A DNA stretch of 64,000 nt from Candidatus Levyibacteriota bacterium. GTDB lineage: Bacteria > Patescibacteriota > Microgenomatia > Levybacterales > UBA12049. Where the stretch lies: positions 109,995-173,994 of the forward strand of contig JACPLF010000005.1 of NCBI GenBank assembly GCA_016186645.1, in the 5' to 3' direction. A program made the translations under genes and the position numbers. Positions within the stretch are counted from its first letter, which is position 1. Every line of letters starts with the position of its first letter. Under the pieces are notes generated by a model that ran no database searches, was not told where the DNA came from, and saw only the letters and a program-made list of their open reading frames with translations. Of this stretch, positions 9,564 through 18,576 are shown piece by piece.

Positions 9564-9680
9564 TCTGGTAATTAGAGCGACGTGGAACTACCCTTTCCCA
9601 TTCCGAACAGGGAAGTAAAACGCGTCAGCGCTTACGATACTTTTTGCGTATTGCAGAAGGGACAATAGGTCATTGCCAGG
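9564..9680 (+). rRNA. rrf: 5S rRNA
   Basis: Terminal helix tctggtaat/attgccagg. The conserved CCCATTCCGAACAGGGAAGT block is present. Confidence 0.8.
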
Positions 9681-9733
9681 GGATTTCTTTCTTCAAAGGA
9701 AAATTTAAATAAGAATCCACTCCTCACTTTTCT

Positions 9734-9865
9734 CTAAAAATCTTCGTCTTCGTTATTTATTTTTGGCGTATCAATATTACATTGCATGCACATTCCGTTG
9801 GATTCAGTAGCGGCTCTTTGGCATTGTTTTCCTTCGTGGTCATGTCTATTAAAGCAACTACACAT
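9734..9865 (-). CDS. Cys-rich 43-aa peptide (MCSCFNRHDHEGKQCQRAATESNGMCMQCNIDTPKINNEDEDF)
   Basis: A perfect Shine-Dalgarno AAGGAGG sits 7 nt upstream. A TTGACA-N17-TATATT promoter is present. Six Cys and two His in 43 aa. Confidence 0.5.
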   Translation of the reverse strand: MCSCFNRHDHEGKQCQRAATESNGMCMQCNIDTPKINNEDEDF

Positions 9866-10032
9866 AATTTTTCCTCCTTTTAGCATAAATATACATCAAG
9901 TAATAAATTTGTCAACCCACAGACCTTACCTATTGCAAGCAGAGATTTTTTTGTGCTGAAAATATCTTTAATAAATTCATCTTTGCATTTTATTAATTGA
10001 GGATATAAACTCTAAATGAGGATAAGTTTTTA

Positions 10033-10203
10033 ATGAAAGGCTTTTTCGGAGGCTTCTTGCTAATGTCTGGATTAGGGGGTTTGATTATATATTTACCAAA
10101 ACATGACTTTGATTGGTTAACGCTCCTATTTATTGCGCTTTTCTTTATTGGCTTGAATTATGTAATAGATGACAAAATCGATGACAAGTTGGGTAAGCAT
10201 TAA
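10033..10203 (+). CDS. Small two-TM membrane protein (56 aa)
   Basis: MKGFFGGFLLMSGLGGLIIYLPKHDFDWLTLLFIALFFIGLNYVIDDKIDDKLGKH with an upstream TTGCAT-N17-TATAAA promoter. Confidence 0.4.
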   Translation: MKGFFGGFLLMSGLGGLIIYLPKHDFDWLTLLFIALFFIGLNYVIDDKIDDKLGKH

Positions 10204-10205
10204 AG

Positions 10206-10445
10206 TTAAAATTTAACAGAGACCCCGAAATAGTGAAGTACAAAGATAATTCCTGCTAAGCCTAAAATAAAGCAGATAATGCCGATGAGTCGTATTAGGA
10301 CATATTTAAGAATTGCTTCTATTGAAATACTTTCTGCTGATTTTAGATCTTTCATATCAACAGCTATGCTATCTCTAATATCTTTTAAGTTCATAAATCT
10401 CTTTTCAACATTTTCCCAGTTATTTGCAAAAACACAAGTGTACAC
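10206..10445 (-). CDS. Small tail-anchored membrane protein (79 aa)
   Basis: C-terminal hydrophobic helix LIRLIGIICFILGLAGIIFVL. Convergent with the preceding small gene. Confidence 0.35.
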   Translation of the reverse strand: MYTCVFANNWENVEKRFMNLKDIRDSIAVDMKDLKSAESISIEAILKYVLIRLIGIICFILGLAGIIFVLHYFGVSVKF

Positions 10446-10769
10446 GTTTTAGCCTCAAAATATTAAGAAACCTTCAATCAACCTTTGATTTTTTCTCAAT
10501 TTTTCACTGTTTTCAAGTCTAAAGACGGTTTTTATTTCCTGTCAACCCCCAAAAACGCAAAAAACCGATCACCGTGGCCACCATATCGTTGGCCTTCTGA
10601 TCGGTCTCTGAGGTATATCCTCTTTAGACCTGACTATCTATATATTTTAGTCACTTCTTTTATGAAAGTCAATATGATTCTATTGCGGGGCAAATTATTT
10701 TGTGGTACAATGGCGAGACTGTTAAATCAGGTGCCGAATGGTACCTGAAAAGAAAGGTGAATTTAATGA

Positions 10770-11960
10770 ATGCAAACTCAATTAACAAGTAACAAGTCAC
10801 AAGTAGCAAGTAGCTCCAAGAAGGCTACTTCCATGGCGGATTTAATGAAGAAAGTGGCAGCCGCTAAAACTCCGTTTATCTCTCCTCACAAAGGCGATAT
10901 GCTCATGGGAACCATTACCAAATTAACATCTGGTGAAATTTTGGTGGATATAAATGCCAAGACAGAAGCTGTTGTTTTGGAAAAAGAAAGGCAGATTCTT
11001 AATAAAATTCTTTCCTCTTTCAAAGTAGGGGACAAGATTCAAGTTCAGGTTCTCAATCCTGAATCGGATTTTGGTTATCCGGTTGTATCTCTCAGACGAT
11101 CAGTCGGAGATATTACTTGGGATAGGCTTAGCAAATTACAAAAAGCTCAGGAGGCAGTTGAAGTAACTTTGGATATGGCAACCAAAGGCGGATTTTTAGC
11201 AACCACAACAGATGGAATTTCCGGATTTTTGCCAAATTCCCACACCTCAAGTCTTGAAAATCCCCAAGGATTGATTGGTAAAAAAATAAAAGTTGTAGTT
11301 CTGGAAACAAATCGCGAACTTAACAAGATTATCTTTTCCCAAAAACAAGTCATGGGTCCGGCAGACTTTCAGAAGCTAATTAAGAATCTAAAGGTTGGAC
11401 AAAAAATTGATGCAGTTGTATCCAATGTGGCCCCATTTGGTGTGTTTCTTTCTATCCCAGTTGACCCCGAAGGATCTTCCCGTTCGCCTTCAGGTACTAT
11501 TCGTACACGGCTCACGGAGCGATCTAACGGGGCAGGCTCAGGAAAATTGGCAGAGGGATTTATTCATATTTCTGAAACATCATGGGGAAATGTAGAAAAT
11601 ATTTCAAACCTTTTCAAAATCGGAGACAAAATTACCGGAGTTGTTTTAGGTTTTGACAAAGATTCGAGACGCGTAAATCTTTCTATAAAAAGAACAGTGG
11701 CTGATCCTCTTGAGAAGAAATTTGATGAATTTACAATTGACAAAAAACTCAAAGCAACAATTATCAAAGTTATCTCAACAGGTGTGATTTTGGACCTCGG
11801 AGACAATGTAAATGGATTTATTAAAAAAGAAAAAATTCCGGTTAAAATAACTTACAAAGACGGACAAGAGATTGACGTTACAGTATCCTCAGTTGATAAG
11901 AAAAGACATAGAGTTGAAGTCTCCCCAGTCCTCACGGCGAAGCCGATTGGATATAGATAG
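10770..11960 (+). CDS. rpsA: 30S ribosomal protein S1 (short CPR-type, S1-domain repeats)
   Basis: Several S1-fold repeats (GDKIQVQVLNPE..., ITGVVLGFDKDSRRVNLSIKR). SD-like aaaggtga and a TGTGGTACAAT -10 box lie upstream. Confidence 0.7.
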   Translation: MQTQLTSNKSQVASSSKKATSMADLMKKVAAAKTPFISPHKGDMLMGTITKLTSGEILVDINAKTEAVVLEKERQILNKILSSFKVGDKIQVQVLNPESDFGYPVVSLRRSVGDITWDRLSKLQKAQEAVEVTLDMATKGGFLATTTDGISGFLPNSHTSSLENPQGLIGKKIKVVVLETNRELNKIIFSQKQVMGPADFQKLIKNLKVGQKIDAVVSNVAPFGVFLSIPVDPEGSSRSPSGTIRTRLTERSNGAGSGKLAEGFIHISETSWGNVENISNLFKIGDKITGVVLGFDKDSRRVNLSIKRTVADPLEKKFDEFTIDKKLKATIIKVISTGVILDLGDNVNGFIKKEKIPVKITYKDGQEIDVTVSSVDKKRHRVEVSPVLTAKPIGYR

Positions 11961-12083
11961 AATAGACGGTAGATGATAGAATGTAGAAGATAGTAATTGA
12001 AGATGGAAAATAGAAAGTAGAAAACTATCCTCTAACTTCTATTTTCAAAATTCTACCATCAATCTTCTATTTTCTATCGTCAT
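11961..12083. repeat. Intergenic palindromic element, copy C (tagaa/ttcta word type); it fills the rpsA-radA gap up to the radA ATG
   Basis: Homologous along its length to 47747..47873. Its arms are mutually reverse-complementary. It ends with the motif ctaacttctattttcaaaattctacc. Confidence 0.65.
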
Positions 12084-13583
12084 ATGAAATCAAAGGTTTC
12101 ATTTGTCTGTCAGGAATGCGGTTATGATTCTCCCCAGTGGCTTGGAAAATGTCCTGAATGCGGAATGTGGAACAGTTTAAAAGAAATTTCCCACTTCGTT
12201 GAAACTTCGCGGGACAAGCAAAATTCAATAGGAAATATCAATAAAAATATAACGCCGAAAAGACTTTCGGAAATAAAGTTTGAGAGAAAACAAAGATTAT
12301 TAACAGGGTTTTCGGAATTGGATACTGTTTTGGGCGGGGGAATTGTGAAGGGAAGCGCAGTTTTACTTGCCGGTGATCCGGGCATTGGTAAGTCAACTCT
12401 GTTATTGCAGCTGGCGTTAAATTTAGCATCAACCTCTTCTCAGAAAACTCAGAATACTCAGCATATCAGAAAATCTGATAATCAGAAGCTCAGACAGTCT
12501 GGCTTACTGAGTTTTCCGAGTGTTCCGAATGTTTTATATATTTCCGGGGAAGAGTCTGAAGAACAAGTCAAATTAAGAGCAGATAGAATTAATCCTTCGG
12601 CTCGCTCAGGATCCAAAACTCATTCAAATTTATTACTTCTCTCAAATACAAATACTGATTTGGTTTGTGGAATAATTGTTAAAGTTAAACCAATGCTTGT
12701 GATTATAGATTCAATCCAAACAATGGAATCGGAAAATGTTTCCGGTCTTTCCGGGTCTGTTGGGCAGGTTCGTTATTCTGCTTTTCAATTTATAAAAATC
12801 GCCAAAACATTTGGGATTCCAATTATTATGGTAGGTCATGTAACAAAAGAAGGAATGGTTGCCGGACCTATGGTTTTATCCCACATGGTTGACACTGTTT
12901 TATTTTTGGAGGGAGAAAAATTTACCGCAACCAGAATTTTGAGAAGTCTGAAAAATAGATTTGGTCCGGTTGACGAAGTTGGAATTTTTGCAATGGAAGG
13001 TGTTGGGGTAAAAGAATTAAACAGTCCCGAACAACTTTTTTTATCAAAACACAATGATAAGACTATTTCAGGAAGTATTTTATCTGTCACCATGGAAGGT
13101 ACAAGAGCATTCTTAATTGAAATTCAAGCACTTGTTTTGTCATCGAAAATTCCAATTCCAAGAAGAGTTGCATCCGGCATTGATTACAAAAGATTGGAAC
13201 TTTTATTGGCGGTTTTGCAAAAACATTGTAATATCCCGCTTTCGGGAATGGATGTTTTTGTAAATGTGATAGGTGGAATAAAACTTTCAGATCCGGCAAC
13301 TGATTTGGCAATTTGCCTTGCGATTATATCGAGTTTCAAAAATATTAATTTATCCCAAAAAGTTGGGATTGGAGAAGTAGGGCTTTTGGGAGAGCTTCGT
13401 AAAGCCAGTTCTTTGGAAAAACGCATAAAAGACGCGCGAAAATTGGGGTTTCGCGATATAATAAGTTCGGACAAATTCAAGACTTTAAAACAAGTTGTTA
13501 ATAGTTTAAGCAATGACCCTCCTTCATTAAAATTACGGAAGGGTCATGCCTCGAAGCTTGAGAAAGAGGCAGAAGGTAATTAA
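12084..13583 (+). CDS. radA: DNA repair protein RadA/Sms
   Basis: N-terminal C4 zinc ribbon, Walker A GDPGIGKST, the KNRFG motif and a Lon-like C-terminal domain. Confidence 0.9.
   Translation: MKSKVSFVCQECGYDSPQWLGKCPECGMWNSLKEISHFVETSRDKQNSIGNINKNITPKRLSEIKFERKQRLLTGFSELDTVLGGGIVKGSAVLLAGDPGIGKSTLLLQLALNLASTSSQKTQNTQHIRKSDNQKLRQSGLLSFPSVPNVLYISGEESEEQVKLRADRINPSARSGSKTHSNLLLLSNTNTDLVCGIIVKVKPMLVIIDSIQTMESENVSGLSGSVGQVRYSAFQFIKIAKTFGIPIIMVGHVTKEGMVAGPMVLSHMVDTVLFLEGEKFTATRILRSLKNRFGPVDEVGIFAMEGVGVKELNSPEQLFLSKHNDKTISGSILSVTMEGTRAFLIEIQALVLSSKIPIPRRVASGIDYKRLELLLAVLQKHCNIPLSGMDVFVNVIGGIKLSDPATDLAICLAIISSFKNINLSQKVGIGEVGLLGELRKASSLEKRIKDARKLGFRDIISSDKFKTLKQVVNSLSNDPPSLKLRKGHASKLEKEAEGN
12441..12532. 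repeat. R-family element, copy R4, inserted in-frame in radA (encodes ~33 extra aa, STSSQKTQNTQHIRKSDNQKLRQSGLLSFPSVPN)
   Basis: Nearly identical to the reverse complement of R3 (cagaaaactcagaatactcag ... tactgagttttccgagtgttccgaa). The insertion sits between Walker A and the downstream RadA core, where other bacteria have none. Confidence 0.65.
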
Positions 13584-13627
13584 ACTATGTCAAAAGTACT
13601 ATTGAAAGAAAGGATAAGCGAAGTGGC

Positions 13628-14365
13628 ATGAAAGATAAAACAAAAAATCCTTCGCCAAGATTTCCGAAGAATTTTGTCAGTAATCTGGCTGAGGAAGTAG
13701 CAAAAACTCTTGCCACAAGATTCCGACGCCTGCCGAATAAAAAAAACAAAAAGCAAAAGAAGAAGAAAATAGAGAGCCCAATATTTTTGGATACCTCCGC
13801 AATTATTGACGGAAGAGTATTTGATGTTGCTAATTTGGGCCTATTTACGGGCACATTCGTCATTCTGGAAAGTATACTTTTGGAGTTAAAGCATATCGCC
13901 GATTCTCAGGATATGGTCAAAAGAGTAAGGGGCAGAAAAGGACTTGATCTTTTGGAAAAACTTAAAAAAAGTAGGAGAAATAAAGTTATTGTTCTTCCGG
14001 ATAACGAAGATTTTAAAAATAAAGAAGTCGATGAAAAATTAATCGATGCAAGCCGTAATTACAAAGGAAGAATTATAACATGTGATTATAATCTGGAAAA
14101 AAAAGCTGCAATCAGCGGAGTTTTGCCTATAAATATTAATACTTTGGCAAATCACCTTAAAATAACTGCAGTTCCGGGAGAAGCTCTGCATATAAGCATT
14201 TTGCATAAAGGCAAAGAAATAACACAGGGCGTTGGGTATTTGGATGATGGCACCATGCTCGTTGTAGAGAATGCTAGCGATGATTTGGGGAAGACAGTGG
14301 ATGTAGTTGTCTCCCGAGTTATCCAGACAACCGCAGGACGTATCCTGTTTGCTAAGAAGATCTGA
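13628..14365 (+). CDS. PIN/TRAM-domain protein (YacL-like)
   Basis: PIN domain (IFLDTSAIIDGR...) plus a C-terminal TRAM-like beta domain. It follows radA, as in Firmicutes. Confidence 0.65.
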   Translation: MKDKTKNPSPRFPKNFVSNLAEEVAKTLATRFRRLPNKKNKKQKKKKIESPIFLDTSAIIDGRVFDVANLGLFTGTFVILESILLELKHIADSQDMVKRVRGRKGLDLLEKLKKSRRNKVIVLPDNEDFKNKEVDEKLIDASRNYKGRIITCDYNLEKKAAISGVLPININTLANHLKITAVPGEALHISILHKGKEITQGVGYLDDGTMLVVENASDDLGKTVDVVVSRVIQTTAGRILFAKKI

Positions 14366-15178
14366 TCATGTTGTCATCCTGAACGAAGTGAAGGATCTAG
14401 GTTTATTCCAAGAGATTCTTCGCGTTGCTCAGAATGACATTGGGATAAAACTGAGAAGAGATAGGAATCCCTGCCCAAGACTCCTATCTCATCTCAATTA
14501 ACAAAACTTTTTTTGTATAAAAAAATCAAATCAAATCAATGCAAACGATTAAGTTTAGCCTCATTCACTTTTCTTGACAACAATTATTAATTTTGCTATT
14601 AACTAGTTGACAATTAGTTTTATCCTGCCTGAAAGACTAACTGTCGAATTTCATAAGAGCATTGCTTATCGTACCTGAACTTATATACTGAGTAACGAAA
14701 GCGATGCTCTTTTTTACAAAAGTGCTACCGGGATATTTATTCCTTTTTCAATTAATTTCTTGAATTGATCCCGTCCCTGTTTTACAAGTATTTCCATCTT
14801 GTAATCTGAAACTGTCTTCTGAGATACCTTTTTCTTCCGCCAGCTGGCGGATTTAAATCCGAATATCATACCTAAGGGGATTTTACCATACGTTGTCAAG
14901 TGTGTCAAACCTATAGCATTCTGCAGAGCAGAATTGGCATAACCTAGAGTAAAAAATGTTATGTTTGGATTGCAAAATCAATATAATTTTTTTAAAGAAA
15001 AAAATGTGGATAACTCGGGGAAATTAAAATTGACCTAATTAACCTAATTGCCCACGTCAAACGTGGCAGGTCTAATTTCTAAGTTGGGACTTAGCCCGCC
15101 TTGCCCGTTTCGATTCAACGAGGCGAGCCGGCGAGGCAGAGATTTGATTAGGTTAATTAGAAATTAGGAATTAGAAAT

Positions 15179-15970
15179 TTATCTGGTAGATACTTTTGTG
15201 AAAGGGATGAGAAGTGAGATTAATGAGGGTTTGTAATTATAATTGCTTTTTGAAAGGAGCCAAAGTTTTATGAAGGAAATAATGTTATTTCTCAAATCAT
15301 AGAAATATTCTTTCGGATTTTTCCTGTGATAATGAAGATATTCATCCAAATTCGCAAATTTACCATAGGGAAGAAGCTTTATAAATAAATCGGAATAGAT
15401 GAAAGGCTCAGTTGAATCGCTAAATTTCAATAAATCTTTAGGCATTAGATTTTTGTTGACCATGAGAGTTTCAAATTGCATTGTTATGCCATGAAGAGGG
15501 GATTTGTAGACGAATTGATTTTCTTTTGGAAAGAAACTTTTTCCAATCAACCTTCCTTTATCGTTAATAAATCTGCATTGGGCGCCAACTGCTACAACTC
15601 CGGGATTCCCCGAAATAAACTCAACTTGCTTTTTGATTCTTTGACGGGAGCTTATATCTTTCGCATCCATAAAGGCAATGTAGTCTCCTTTGGCTCGTCT
15701 TAAAAGCCTGTTTAGGGTTATAACTATTCCATATCTTTTTATATTTCTATAAACCCTAACTTTTTTGCCCCGCCCTGAGCCGGTCGTTGGGTATTTTTTA
15801 GCAAAGGACTTAAGGATTTTGAGGGATGAATCGGTTGAGAAGTCATCAATCGCAATGATTTCGATCTGCCGATAGCTTTGTCCAACAAGACTTTTTAGGC
15901 AATCTGCAAGAAAGCGTTCGCAATTATGGACTGGCAATAAAATAGAAACTAATGGTTTGTGATTAATCAT
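15179..15970 (-). CDS. Family 2 glycosyltransferase
   Basis: VSILLPVHNCERFL...IEIIAIDDFSTDSS matches the GT2 N-terminal motifs. Confidence 0.75.
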   Translation of the reverse strand: MINHKPLVSILLPVHNCERFLADCLKSLVGQSYRQIEIIAIDDFSTDSSLKILKSFAKKYPTTGSGRGKKVRVYRNIKRYGIVITLNRLLRRAKGDYIAFMDAKDISSRQRIKKQVEFISGNPGVVAVGAQCRFINDKGRLIGKSFFPKENQFVYKSPLHGITMQFETLMVNKNLMPKDLLKFSDSTEPFIYSDLFIKLLPYGKFANLDEYLHYHRKNPKEYFYDLRNNIISFIKLWLLSKSNYNYKPSLISLLIPFTKVSTR

Positions 15971-16034
15971 AGGGAAGCTAAAAGCTTAGCATACTTGACA
16001 AAATAATGCAAACAATGCCACTATATATAATAGT

Positions 16035-16358
16035 ATGAATCCAAATGCAGGAGAACCGGCTAATCCGAGCGGAGGAGTAGCTTTAGCACCAGAACCTTCA
16101 ATTACTATACCTTCTACCAATATTGGGTCTTCAGATCAGGTAGCTAATTTGCAAGATGTAGTAGATGCTGCGAGAGAGGAAGCTGCTGCCAACCCGATAG
16201 ATCAGTTTAATGCTCAATTTGGCTCCGGGGCAACACCACCTGCTGCTGAAGTTCCAGAATTAAAGCCAGAAGAAAATCCGCAGGCGACTTTTGTGAAAGA
16301 TATTAAAGCCGCTGTTGAAAAGTTAGAAAAAGCAACTAAAGAGAAAGTGGCTGCTTAG
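16035..16358 (+). CDS. Hypothetical low-complexity Ala/Pro/Glu-rich protein
   Basis: A TTGACA...TATATAAT promoter lies about 6 nt upstream of the ATG, so the mRNA is probably leaderless. Confidence 0.4.
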   Translation: MNPNAGEPANPSGGVALAPEPSITIPSTNIGSSDQVANLQDVVDAAREEAAANPIDQFNAQFGSGATPPAAEVPELKPEENPQATFVKDIKAAVEKLEKATKEKVAA

Positions 16359-17082
16359 ATTTTTTTCGAAGTATCCAACCCAAAATTCCTGTTGGAATTA
16401 GAGAAAATAATATCAAAGATTCAGGACCTGTTGGAGGAGCGGTTTTTATGGGAACCGGGGAGAGGACAGGAAATCCTTGTTTGATGATTTTAGCTGGAGT
16501 TGTACTCTTTTTTTCTATGCAAAATTGACTGTTGTCTTGCCCGACAGCAGGATCAGGCACGAAAGCTTTTACTTGATTTACTAAACAAATAACATTTTCT
16601 GAAAAGGAAAGTTGATTCGTATCAACAATTCTTCCAAAGATATTAAAAGTTCTTGTTTCCGAAGGCATTAGATTGTCAGCGTCAAAGGCTAACGTTCTAG
16701 TGGTGCTGTCAAAACTACCGGGTCCCGAACTAAAACTAACGAACTGAGGGAATATGTCTTGTATATGGGCCTTTTCAATAACAGTTTTTCTATTATTTGT
16801 AATTAGAACTTGAAATGTTACGATAAAATCAGATTGATATTTTGCATCATTTGGGCCTAAATTGTCAACCATCTTATTTGTGTCAGGATTTAGCACTTTG
16901 CTGTCAACAGTTATGTCTTGGGTTTTTATACAAGTTGTCCCGCCGCCGTATATGGCTTGACAAGGCTCTTCCGCAAACGCCTTTTTTGAAAATTGAAAAT
17001 TGCTCGCCTCGCTGCGAAGCGGGAAAATTGAAAATTGAAAATTGAAAAAAATAATTACTAATACTGTAAATAGCGTTTTCAT
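16336..17082 (-). CDS. Secreted cell-surface protein with a C-terminal PTG-TM-basic tail, a candidate sortase substrate
   Basis: Signal peptide. The C-terminus reads KTAPPTGPESLILFSLIPTGILGWILRKKSK. The N-terminal region carries an inserted heptamer-repeat/hairpin element. Confidence 0.5.
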   Translation of the reverse strand: MKTLFTVLVIIFFNFQFSIFPLRSEASNFQFSKKAFAEEPCQAIYGGGTTCIKTQDITVDSKVLNPDTNKMVDNLGPNDAKYQSDFIVTFQVLITNNRKTVIEKAHIQDIFPQFVSFSSGPGSFDSTTRTLAFDADNLMPSETRTFNIFGRIVDTNQLSFSENVICLVNQVKAFVPDPAVGQDNSQFCIEKKSTTPAKIIKQGFPVLSPVPIKTAPPTGPESLILFSLIPTGILGWILRKKSKQPLSL

Positions 17083-17236
17083 ATCCTGCCTTTAAGAATA
17101 GGAGTGTATCATAAATTATACCCCTTGACAACGATAGTAATATATGATGTAATACGGATGGATTTAGTCGCCTTCGGAGAAATTTTCCACAAGATGTTTC
17201 AATCTAACTATTAACTATTCACAATTAACTTAACTT

Positions 17237-18535
17237 ATGGTAAGCAAAAAAACCACGCCTCAAAAGGATGAGACTCCGGCAAAATCTGTTGATGAGATAA
17301 TTGGTTCTCCAAAGGAGAATGTTTCTGTAAAACCAGAGCCCTCTGTTATTCCGGCACAAGCTTTACCTATTCAACCAGCGCCAATTTATCCTCAGCCTGT
17401 GTCTTCTTTCGGTTATCGACAAGAACCTACGGTTACTGTTGATGTTTCGGGAATTTTGGATATTCAGCCCGAAGGCCATGGATTTTTAAGACCCAAATTT
17501 ATCCCATCCCAAAGAGATGTTTATATTTCTCAATCCCAAATAAGAAGATTCATGCTTCGTCCTGGAGATTTGATTAAGGGTGTGGGAAGACCTCCAAAAG
17601 ACACAGAGCGATATTTTGGGCTTTTGAAAGTTGAAACAGTTAATGACATGCCAGCGGACAGCTCTCTAAATAGACCATATTTTGATGATCTGACTGCTGT
17701 TTATCCCAAAAAACAAATAACTCTTTCAACCGGTAAGCTGCCTTTGTCAACCCGCATGATTGATCTTATCTCGCCGATTGGATTTGGGCAAAGAGGAATG
17801 ATCGTGTCGCCTCCAAAAGCCGGGAAAACAACAATTCTTAAAGAAATTGCAGCAGGAATTGCGCAAAATTATCCCAAAGCGCATCTCATGGCAGCATTAA
17901 TTGGAGAACGACCTGAAGAAGTCACAGATATTGCGCAATCTGTAAAAGGAGATGTGGTCGCATCGCACTTCGACGAACCGCCAGATGCCCAGACAAGAGT
18001 TGCGGAAATTACTTTGGAGAGGGCAAGAAGACTTGTTGAGATGGGGACAGACGTTATTATTCTTCTTGATTCAATAACACGTTTGGCAAGAGCTTATAAT
18101 TTGTCGGTCGCCCCTTCGGGTCGAACCCTATCGGGAGGATTTGACCCGGCAGCATTGTGGCCTGCGAAAAAATTCTTCGGAGCGGCGAGAAACTGCCAGG
18201 AGGGCGGATCTCTGACAATTATTGGAACCGCTTTGGTTGATACAGGTTCCAGAATGGATGATTTGATCTACGAGGAGTTTAAAGGAACCGGTAATTTGGA
18301 ATTGCATTTGGACAGAAGATTGGCAGACCGAAGAATATTCCCCTCGATTGATATTGCACGTTCAGGGACTCGTCAGGAAGAATTATTATTATCTGAAAAA
18401 GATTTGAAAAAGGTTTCTACAATGAGAAGGATGATTGATATGCTTGGACCTGAAGAACGAACAAGTATATTTGTGGAAAGGCTTTCAAAAACCGCTACCA
18501 ACGAAGAATTCCTAGAGAGTTTGGGAAAGGGATAA
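17237..18535 (+). CDS. rho: Transcription termination factor Rho
   Basis: RNA-binding OB domain, Walker A PPKAGKTT and Q/R loops. 432 aa. Confidence 0.9.
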   Translation: MVSKKTTPQKDETPAKSVDEIIGSPKENVSVKPEPSVIPAQALPIQPAPIYPQPVSSFGYRQEPTVTVDVSGILDIQPEGHGFLRPKFIPSQRDVYISQSQIRRFMLRPGDLIKGVGRPPKDTERYFGLLKVETVNDMPADSSLNRPYFDDLTAVYPKKQITLSTGKLPLSTRMIDLISPIGFGQRGMIVSPPKAGKTTILKEIAAGIAQNYPKAHLMAALIGERPEEVTDIAQSVKGDVVASHFDEPPDAQTRVAEITLERARRLVEMGTDVIILLDSITRLARAYNLSVAPSGRTLSGGFDPAALWPAKKFFGAARNCQEGGSLTIIGTALVDTGSRMDDLIYEEFKGTGNLELHLDRRLADRRIFPSIDIARSGTRQEELLLSEKDLKKVSTMRRMIDMLGPEERTSIFVERLSKTATNEEFLESLGKG

Positions 18536-18576
18536 TCTTTTAAGGTGTCATGCTGAACTAGTTTCAGCATCTCAAA

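Noticed and set aside
14714-14908. 64-aa minus-strand ORF overlapping the terminator hairpin
   Set aside because: No recognisable motif and it overlaps a plus-strand terminator and promoter region. Left uncalled.
16975-17050. CRISPR array, suggested by short direct repeats (gaaaatt heptamers, agcgtctag at 42720, gagaaat at 31550)
   Set aside because: The repeats are 7-9 nt units without regular 25-40 nt spacers. No cas genes are present and the repeats lie inside coding sequence. They are not CRISPR.
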